A stretch of DNA of 60,516 nt, the filler included, from Hausera hauseri (taxonomy: Eukaryota), in assembly GCA_046269625.1 (NCBI GenBank). It is 10 parts of 10 records of this genome, joined end to end, with 100 filler letters (N's around TTAATTAATTAA, not from the genome) between each part and the next. Parts side by side here need not be neighbours in the genome. Positions count along the whole stretch, not along the records: positions 50,243 to 60,516 come from JBJURY010211077.1; 9 more parts are not named here. The stretch is one strand, 5' to 3'. The notes beneath the pieces were generated by a model that ran no database searches, was not told the origin of the DNA, and saw only the letters and a list, made by a program, of their open reading frames with translations. Of this stretch, positions 50,746 to 60,516 are shown piece by piece. Every line of letters begins with the position of its first letter. Position 1 is the first letter of the stretch. The position numbers and the translations under genes were made by a program.

Positions 50746-52700
50746 AACTGGCTAATAAACTTTCTTACCATGATGATGTTGATAAGACAAATGGGCGCAG
50801 TTACAGTATATTACTGCGGCAAATTTAGATTGGGCCAAAAATATTCGTTAATGGACTTGGAAATGTACAAAGATGCGAGGCTCCACAGATTTGAAACAAA
50901 AGAAAAAAGTTATGTATTATACTAACAACGCGAACTACTTACTTTGGACGTAGTAGAATGTATGTTGCGGCGATCTCGCAGCATTTCCCATTGTGGACTG
51001 GTACATAGGCACTCGTCAATAATTAAGCCAACAACTCCACTAATTCCGATGAATTTGGAGAGACAGCATTGTAAGCAAGCTAGAGATACGGGAAGAATAA
51101 AGTGGGGCGGTATAGAAATGGAAATCCAGCAAGGAAAAATAATCAAAGTGTAGCGGCAAATAATCAAAAATAGCGGCAGGAAGACTAAACTTGCACACCG
51201 GAAATTGCCAATGTGCACAATACAATACTGGAAAAGAATTAGAGTCAAATATCGTAGTAGTAGACTTTTATGAAACTGAAATGAGCGCACAGAAAGCGAT
51301 GTTCCATAGCGTTACTAAACTTTACACTGAGAACCATAAGTGCCACATACAGGATAACACATGCCCGTTTCGAAGTTCTGTTGTAATTTGACAGCCTCCA
51401 TCCAAGACCTCCAATTGCAATTTTATAAGAATTAAAGAACTTAAATTCAATGAGACGACCGGAAAACAATACATAAGTAACACGGAAACTAATTTTAAAA
51501 CGCGAGAAGATGTAGCCGAACAATCCACGCCTACTATACTAATTTCTGATACTCTTGGATTAAAATTTGTGAAGAAGGATGTACTCATAAGAAGTGACGT
51601 TATAATGTACGCCACCAATTATGAAGCATTTTCGTCGCAGAGACGGAAATAAATGCCAGAACGTTTAAGCTCGAGACTCAAGATATTCGAATTGATGATT
51701 ATCTAAAGAACAGAGACGACTATTTCTATTATAAAGGACAACCCGGAATAGACAAGTTGTATCATAAAATTATAATGAACGACTGTAAGCTAGACTTGGA
51801 AGTTATAAGGACTAAGCTTGCTTTAATATATGCCAATGCCGAATTAGCTTCACCAATAATTCCAATAAAGGAAGGTGTTTTTGGACGAGTAACCGAAGAA
51901 GTCTTATTGACCTACGAATGTGAAAAGAAGGACGTACCTATTAATGTGGAAGAAAAGAGGTGTATAAAAGAACTTCCAGTGATATACAAAGACGTACCAA
52001 GATCAGTAACACCAATTACCAGAGTACTATTGACTAACTCCACTCAACAGACAATTCTAAGAGACGGTAAAACCAGTTTAGGCGAGCCGATGTTCAGACG
52101 AAACGAAACCGACTGGGTAAGTTTGCCAAACGGCGGCATCATCGCACCACCTACCAAGTTGACAGGAACAAACCTGATAAAAGGGATAACCGATGATAAA
52201 TTTTAAGATACAGCTGCGAAGTGTATTTACCGACCAAAAGAAGTAGAGGCGTTCAGACAATTTCTCGCTTTTCTCAGTCAACGCACACATGAATTGAACA
52301 AAGCAATGCATGCAATATTGGAGTATTCGCGCTACGAGCCAAATGGGAGTCATTACTTGGCGTCGGCTATTACAAGAATGTAACAACAGAAATATTGTAC
52401 AAAATCTGGGGAAGATTCCTGATATTCGGACAAACCGCGTTAGGATTTCTGGCAATATATTTTTGTATTCAATTAGTGAAAGCCATAATTCAAGCACTCA
52501 TAAATGGATACGAGATATTTACTTTGACAGGATTTTCGTGCAAAATTTCAACAGCTATTATTACACTCTTCGGCAAATTCTTAAAGGCTTATGAAGAGAG
52601 TAAATGGAAAACAGATGTAGAGAGACATGTTGGCTACCACAATCGAAAACGGAAAAGACACATATTCGATTACAAAAAAAAGATTCGTAGATAGTAAAAC
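50746..52700 (+). pseudogene. env: Chuvirus-like class III fusion glycoprotein upstream of pol
   Basis: Signal-like segment then VTVYYC, YSL, ECML...HCG...HSS, C...TG, GRVTEEVLLTYEC, CIKELPV, PITRVL, and TM region WGRFLIFGQTALGFLAIYFCIQLVKAII..LINGY. Confidence 0.72.
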
Positions 52701-53124
52701 ACGAAGAAATAATTCTGATGATGACGAGCCTAAAGGAGCAGATGTCACCTCCAGACCAAACTGGCACAAAAATTACTCTGTTATCAAACTACCATTATTA
52801 ATATTGCCGCCAACGGCATCTATACATAAAGATTGAAAGAAACAATCTGCAAGTTCGTGTCAGACAGATGTTTATCGGAAGCCGTTTAACCTAGAGGATC
52901 CTTACGAAGGAACCAAACGTTACGGGATATTGCGTAAGATTTACGAAACGGAAAGAAAGACTATTCCACATTGCCGCTCAACGGTCGACGATCACGGTAT
53001 AATCTATTCACCTAGAGTACCTAAAGCAAACGAAATGCAATCGATATTTGCTTGAAACTATAAGACATGAAATTTCCGAAACCAAGATGATCAGCCACCG
53101 GCTAGAAATTAAAGAGTAGAAAAT

Positions 53125-56100
53125 ATGAACGGTATAAATAACGAACTATACCCAATCGGAGAACTGAGACAGATGGTCGAACAGCCATCCAGAACTACTG
53201 AAGTTACCATAAACGGTTATAAGGTGTCCACGGTACGACACCCGAGAACAGCATCAAGTTATTACTGTACGGTAATCGAAGGAAGGCCTTTCGCGAAAAT
53301 TCAATTAGAGGATTGGGATGTATACGCTTTAATAGACACGAGATCCAAAATATCACTGATAAAATACGATTTGATACCGCAGTTCCTACGGAAACAATTA
53401 TATCCACCTCCCTCAACAGACCCAAGCAGTATTGGAGCTTTTGGACAGTCATCGAAAAGTAAATTCCGTTGGAAACTGGAAATGTGCATAATGGGACAAT
53501 CTTCCCGCCATGATTTCTCAGTAATGCAGCAATTAACGGATGATGTAGTATTAGGATGTGATTTATTGAGACAACTACCCAATATAGCAATCGACTTCAA
53601 TGCAGTCAAGTTAATAGAACTTGGTCCAATAAAAGAAGTCAAAACCACCAAGGATAGAAAGTTCGGAGAAGTGTGGATTTCAGTAGATGAAATCATACCA
53701 CCCAGAACTGAAGTACACATTTATGCCCAAATACGTCAAGATGACGACAAACCGGTATATTTCGAGCCAAAAGAATCGCTTAATCCGAACATTGTACTTA
53801 GCAACATTTTGACCAGAGTATCGAGGGGTCGCGTGCCGATCAGAGCTGCAAATAACGCACCAACCCCAGTTAGACTATATGCCAATACCACTTTGGAACA
53901 CACGTATAGAGTATCATCAATTACGATCGAAGAGAAACCATATAAGGGTGCCGAATTTCCGCCCCACGTTAAGACTAAATTGTCACCGGAATCACACTGC
54001 CGATTTTACGACTTACTTCGTCGTTATAGATCAATTATCACGAAAGATGAAGAAGATATTGGCCGAGCCAAAACCTTAAGACTCACGATTCCACTTAAGA
54101 AAAAGCCTGGATCAAAGGACGAAATAGATTTGGAACATCAAAAGATGTCTAAATGTTACCCTCCTTCACACTTGTTAAGGCCAGAAATAACTAAGGAAGT
54201 TGAACGGATGTTAAAGGCCGACATAATTAGACCTAGCTACAGATCTTGGTATTCACCGATACTCATTGTTAAGAAAAAAAGTATCACTAAGCACCGATTT
54301 TGTATCGATTACCGAGCATTAAATACACTTATGATGAAGGATTCCTTTCCGTTTCCATCGGTAAAGGAAGATTTGGACAGACTCTCTAGAGCCAAATGGT
54401 TCACCACTCTCGATTTACAATCTGGATACTGTCAAGTAAAGATAGAAGAAGAAGATCGTTACAAAACGGCCTTTAAGACACACAATAGTATATACGAATT
54501 TAATGTTATGACATTTGGAATAACGACCGGACCCGCCATCTTTACTCGCATGATGAACAAGATGCTGATGGGATTAGAACAAGTACTCTCCTATTTAGAC
54601 GACGTTATGATTGCGTCAGAAACCGAAGAGGATTATTTAAAAGACATTGAAGGTACACTTATGGGACTGGAGCAAGCTGGATTGAAACTGAATCCCAAGA
54701 AATGTAAATGGGCTCAAAACACTGTATCGTACCTTGAACATAGTTGGAGAAGGTGGGTCGAAGCCGGACGAATCATTACTAAGTAAGATATCAGATTGTA
54801 TGGAACCTCAGAATCAGAAAGAATTAAGAAACTGGTTAAGGTTGTGTGGATACTATGCTAATTACGTACCAGATAATGCGAAGATAAACGCACCTTTGTA
54901 TGGTTTACTGAAGAAGGGAATCAAATAAAAATGGACCAATGTCGAACAAAAGGCTTTTGATGAAATGTAGAAGATTCTAACTAGTGAACTTGTTCTAAGA
55001 TATCCCGACTTCAACTTACCGTTCATAATCAAAACAGACGCCAGTAAGAAAGGTATCGGATATGAACTGGCTCAGAAGCGAGAAGACGAGGAACTGGAAC
55101 ACCCAGTAGCATATGGAGGGCTTTCCTTAAAAAAAGCAGAGAAGAACTATTCTGTTACGAAGCTAGAAACGCTAGCAGTGAAGGGGGCACTACAACATTT
55201 TAACGTGTACGTTTATGGACAAAAGATTATAATCGTTACTGACATAAGGCAGTTACGACATTAAAGCGTAGGGCAAATAATCCAACTGTAGACTTAACAG
55301 ATGGATTGAAGAGATTTCACGTTATAACGTCGAATTCCAATACAATCTCGGAAATAAGCACATCGATGCCGATGCATTATCGAGAATCAAAACTAAAACA
55401 AGTGCAGTTACAGTAATGAGGAAAGCACACCTCGAAGATTTAGTGGAAAGAAAACGGACTCTTATGCTGGATAAGGCAATGAAAATTTTTATCGAAAAGA
55501 GAAAAGACAAGGTTATACAACAAATTGTCGAGTTCGTTAATACCAATAAAACACCAAAGGGTCATCAGCTACGGAAACATCTACGACGATATGGTCACAA
55601 ATACTGTTTCACCGGAGATTCAAATCAAGAAAATGTATTGTACTATGAACAAAAAGGACAAAAATTAGTCGTCATACCGAAAGGATTACGAGCAAACGTG
55701 CTCATGGCCGAACATGACTCATACTTAGCCGGACACATGTGGAAAAAGACAGAAAAGAATATTAAATAAATACTATTGGCCGAGCGTTTACATTGACGTA
55801 AGGAATTGAGTGAATGCTTGTGAAGTGTGTGCGACCAAGCAGAGAAAAGTGAAAAACTATGTTGCAGAGCTTACGCCTATCGACGTGCCCGATAGACCAA
55901 TGCAAGCAATGTTTACGGATATTGTAGAACCATTGCCTACGACCCACAAAAATAACAAATACATTTTGACCTGTGTAGACCGATTGACTCATTTCGTCGA
56001 GCTTATAGCGTTATTAGACCAAAAGGCCGAGACCTTGGTAGTCCGGAAAATCATTTTCAGGTACCCACCACCCGAACAAATCTTGACAGTCCAAGGAAGA

Positions 56101-56760
56101 AACTTCACAAGTGAATTGTTTGATAAAATTACCAAAATTTTCGAGATTGAACAACTAACTACTAGAGCTTATCATCCCCAATGTAATGGAATGGTCGAGC
56201 GGATGAACGCGACCGTTGTACGAATCTTATCGACAGTAGTCTCAAAAGACCAGAAAAATTGGGATGAGTTCTTAGAAGGTACACAGTTTGCCATTAATAC
56301 TACTCTACATCTTGCGACAGGATTCACTCCGTTATACATGATGTACGGTAGAGAAGCTGTACTGCCTACAGATCTAGAATTAATTCCCTACACAACGAAA
56401 ACGGAAGATTTAGAACAGAATTTTGTCGAGGTATTGCAACAGAGATTACATAAGTGTTGGGAAATAGCCAAGGAGTTATCTAGAGAATACCAGGAACAAT
56501 TTAAGAAATAATACGACAAGAAGGCTAAGTTACACGACTTAGAATCCAGAAACTGGGTTTACGTACACTATCCAGTAGCAAAGAAAGGCACCTTTCTTAA
56601 GCTCACCAGGACAAGCAGAGGACCTTATGAGGTTACCAAAGTTACGCCAACCACAGTTTATATAAATAAAAACAACAAGGAAGAGGTCATATCGATTCAG
56701 AGAGTAGTTAAAACGGAAATAAAACCAGACAAATGTTATAATTACGTTGGAGCAAAACCG
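53125..56760 (+). pseudogene. pol: gypsy pol: aspartic protease, RT, RNase H, integrase
   Basis: ALIDTRS(DTGS), RFCIDYRALN, LDLQSGY, YLDD, KTDAS, HD...GH/CEVC, YHPQCNGMVER. Confidence 0.95.
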
Positions 56761-56779
56761 ATAATGAAAAGAAAACGTC

Positions 56780-58116
56780 GTCGATAGTGACCAGACCAAT
56801 ATCATATGTGCAAATAGTCCTCGCCTTATCGTTAATCCCATCGTATATACGAAGATGAAATCGATAACTCAAACCCAAAAGTTACAATATGAGGCAAAAC
56901 GAAAGGATATCCAAAATTTTCAATAGCTTAGAGTATATGATATGGAATGGAGCAAACCATGTGCGTGGTTTGAAGCAAGTAAACCCGTTTAGAGCTATGT
57001 AAAATTTCAAATAATATTTGTAACTAGATATGCGATGAGAACATGTGATTTTCCGTACGGACATCACAAAAGATGTTGTGATTTGTATTTTGGACAAGCT
57101 TACGGATACAGATTTCAAATGTTTTATTCTAATCAGTTTGGAGCTCAAGCTTATATAATTACTAGTAATAAGAATGCCCCAACGAAAGGATGCAAACCAA
57201 GCCAAGACGGACGAAATAATCCGAAGCACTGACCCGTTTGAAAGACTCTTAGATAATAATATTATTGGAGATTTACCAGGACCTAAAGAATCAATATACA
57301 CGAATTGAAACTAAAATAGAGCTGCCTGAAGGCAGACAAATATCCGTCCGATTTATACCATTAAATGCTTCGATCCATACTCCGGAGTATTGTTATCTGG
57401 CCAGACGCCGATCTACTACGTGCTGTGTAATACAACTAGGACAGGATTATCAGTTGCAACTTGACTTGTACAATACGTACCCCGGAGAACAAAGCACTTA
57501 TTTACGGGGATATTGTCCTAAAATCGGAATATGGAAACTTCAGTTCCCTACTACAACGCAAAAACCGTCTACAGCTCCAAGTACAACTCTTACTACGGCA
57601 ATTGTCACTTCAGAGGAAGTGCTCAGAAAAGAACTCGAAAACAAACTGGTTAAGATTTTGGCAAAAAGCGATAAAATTCTATTTTTCGTTGAAGAGAGGT
57701 TAAATCAAGATGTCAAAATTAAATGTAGCACCCTGCACACCAACCAAGTCGTGATCTTGAGAAAGAATAGTCAGAAAACTGAATGTATGTCATTACGGCC
57801 GCAACATGACTATATAGTCAGAATCACTGCAAAGGGTAAGAACCCTAAAACGTACACAGTGTGGACTTTAGATATTAAAATTGAAGTAATGCAGCATAAG
57901 AGTTATAGTATCCAAAGTGTGTTCACCACAAATAGTTCCATCAAGGAAAATAATTTACCAATAACAGCTATATTCAGTTTGTCAATTTTCGTTCTTGTCA
58001 CATTAACAGCGATGATTTTTCTAGTTGCCAAAAATTGTAATAAACGCCGTAAAAATCAAAAGGGAGATAAACGGGAAAAGAGGCACGGAGACGGACTTTA
58101 TAATAACATAACCTGA
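56780..58116 (+). pseudogene. Post-integrase FN3-like type I membrane protein, copy C
   Basis: ISYVQIVLALSLI, CDFPYGHHKRCC, LRPQHDYIVRITA, TM ITAIFSLSIFVLVTLTAMIFLVA, tail YNNIT. Confidence 0.8.
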
Positions 58117-58122
58117 CAACTA
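58114..58122 (+). promoter_or_regulatory. Stop-codon readthrough signal TGA-CAA-CTA (copy B: TGA-CAA-TTA at 30265-30257)
   Basis: Matches CAR-YYA leaky-stop context; same position in both copies; downstream frame conserved. Confidence 0.72.
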
Positions 58123-60516
58123 CAGATCGGGTTATCCTATCATCATATAAAGAGAATGTTTTGCTTCAAAACGATGATCTGTCTTAGGATTAACCTTCAT
58201 TTTTATTTCAGCAGAGTAAGCATGGCCGAGAAAACGAAAAATCCAACACTCAGTTCCAGTATTGATATCGACGGTTTCTCACAGTAGCACGTCACTGTCC
58301 TTAAACCACTGTCCAAAAGTCTATACCGACACAATGGGAGAAAACCTGAAAATCCAAAAATATCTAGAGTTCGAAAAGAGAGTAAAATACCAAATGGACT
58401 AAAATGGGGTTTAGAAGAGAATCGACTGGTTCGATTATATGCCATGCGAAATCCAAAGGATGTACGGGATTACCTTTTAAGAGATCTAATTCCATATGAT
58501 CCGACACATCAGCAATTGTACGTACATGTCGCTGATGGTGAAATTCAATACAGGATCGTAGGACAATCCTGGAGTACGCAAAAAGTGAAGCAGTGGAAGT
58601 TTAGTACTTATGAGCTATGTTGCTATAGCCTCGTGAATTATGTTCTGGAATTTAGGATCGCGGACCTCCCGACCAAAATCATGATCGAGATGATGTGGCG
58701 GATCGAGGTAATGAAGCCGCTACCACGTTATTATGTGTACAGAAACGATCGGAAGACGCGATAGAGCAAAATGGAGAGTCCTACAGATTAGTTCCAGACG
58801 GTAGAAAAACCGGAATATTGGCCGTGAACTATGGAGAAAAGGATGACGGATAGTATGTTCCAATCAAGGTCTCTATCAGAAATACTAATGAAGAAAAGAT
58901 CATAAATAAAATAATCGCGCCTCGAGCTAGAATAAAGCACACTTTTCCCGATGTCACAGGAATCATGAAAGTACAGCTCGAAAAGGGAAAGGATTTCTTG
59001 GAGATCCAAGAAGACATAAGCCATTGCTTCTATGGATATATTGTTACCAAATTTCGAGTGCACGAAGCGCTGGATCGACTAGGAATTAGGCAAGAATACA
59101 TAGTCGGAATTCGAGAAATGAGCCGAAATCTAGCAGTTGTGAGCCAAGTAGAAAATACCTTGATGCAGAAAAGAGGTTGCCTGCTTCCTTCCTCAGCATC
59201 CCGTAAATCGTAATTCAAGATGATGCTCGAGGCCATGAATGGCGAACGATTTAAATTTCCTAAACTGATGACAGCAGGTCAAGGGACCAAATTAATAAAA
59301 AATATCTACGACTCGTTACAATGGGACACGTGTGGAAACCCAGAAGCCATATGCAGAACGCAATATCCGACAACAACCCCAAAGTCCTAATGCAGAAATT
59401 ACGAGAAGGGTTTAGTGAATGCCCTAGTTATCGACACATCGAATCCCGAGGACATAAGCAATTTCAAGTAACAGTTCATAATGATCCGTTGGAAGGTCCT
59501 AGCGGCCGACAAAAACCGGCCACCAGTAAATTGGAAAAAGAAACCATCTTAGACAAAACGGACAATTCAAGAAAGAAGAAAACAAAAACTTCCTTCCTGG
59601 AATATACTAGTAAAAAGAGGAGTAAACCTAGTAAAAATCAAATGGACGAAATTAAGCCCGTAGCCGACAGTCTAATTCCAAAGGAACCAACAAATGATTC
59701 GAGGAAAATAACGAACCAACAAGAAACTAAAAAGAATAGCGAAGATCAGTTAAAGATTACCAAAACCGGATCCCTTAAAACGAAAGTCAACGTTCTTCGA
59801 AAGAACTGGGAGAAAGATACCCCGATTATAGTTAAAGAATTCGGCCAAGTGAAAGAATGTAAAAAAATTCTAGTCATGGCCGAGTACAATAGCAAAGGGA
59901 AAATAAAAGAGACTATATTTTACGTGTCTACTGTCCCTAAAAGGATAGTCAGTGGAAATGAATATGACAGAGAAGATACCACCATCGGCAGGTACTTAGC
60001 CCCAATATTTCAGTCGAAAAGCGGTACTAACAGATTGACAGTTCCCGTGGATACCCAAGTTAGAGTTCATTTAAAGATACAATACAAGAAGACTGGAGTA
60101 GCCGATTTGGATAAACAAGAAATAGTCGAATAGGTCCTGGTCGCGGTATCCGACGATCCGAGAAAAAGCTCCATAGACCCCAATCAAAAGAGATTGTATG
60201 AATGCTTGTACCAAGACAAAAAAGGACTGGTATTTGAGAGAATAGAAGTGGACGAAAACCTTGTGGACATTGACGCAGCTGAAAAAGAAGAGTGTCCCGT
60301 TTGTGACGTGGATCTCTATCAAGGATTCGTGGTTGGACAACAAAGATTGCAGTCATAAATATTGTCAATACTGCCTAAAAACGTGGACCCTGAAAAATGG
60401 GATAACGACTTGCCCAGTATGCAGGGCCGAAGCCACCAGGCTAAGATGCTACTCAAATGAAAAAAATAAGAAAATAGTAGAGATACTACCCGAACCGGCT
60501 ACTACGTCCTACCATT
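58117..60516 (+). pseudogene. Accessory ORF(s) and terminal RING finger, copy C
   Basis: IPNGLK, YVHVADGEI, LEFRIA, HCFYGY, VNVLRK, YLAPIFQS, and CPVC...DCSHKYCQYC...CPVCRAEA (60293-60435, one frameshift). Confidence 0.85.

Larger units (their letters stand above)
50243..60516 (+). mobile_element. Complex gypsy element copy C: env - PR - RT - RNaseH - IN - FN3 membrane protein - accessory ORF - RING on one contig (decayed)
   Basis: Continuous co-oriented coding remnants; ends match copy A (5') and copy B (3'). Confidence 0.92.

Noticed and set aside
53660-53900. Possible dUTPase between protease and RT
   Set aside because: Beta-rich IPPRTE spacer is common in gypsy pol and lacks dUTPase catalytic motifs
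1-60516. CRISPR arrays, rRNA, tRNA or prokaryotic operons
   Set aside because: None seen; content is eukaryotic (spliceosomal introns, LTR elements)

Overview
Eukaryotic (AT-rich, compact-intron, probably invertebrate) genomic DNA made of ten unrelated contigs joined by artificial 100-bp spacers (N44-TTAATTAATTAA-N44), so adjacency across spacers is meaningless. It is dominated by decayed mobile elements. (i) Two CsRn1-like Ty3/gypsy copies. (ii) Three copies of a protein-primed family-B DNA polymerase (Polinton/adintovirus-type) element. (iii) At least four pieces of an unusually complex, virus-like Ty3/gypsy element, plus a related second family. Its reconstructed order is Gag(CCHC) - ~1000 aa unknown region with AT-hook - chuvirus-like class III glycoprotein - PR - RT - RNaseH - IN - in-frame FN3-repeat type I membrane protein - conserved UGA-CAR-YYA readthrough stop - unknown ORF - RING finger. 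The env-to-RING part is contiguous on one contig (50243-60516). Host sequence includes a spliced METTL3, decayed TOR and TANGO6 fragments, an IQ-motif ORF and a ~1.5 kb diverged palindrome. All family assignments are from motif recognition by eye, not database searches.
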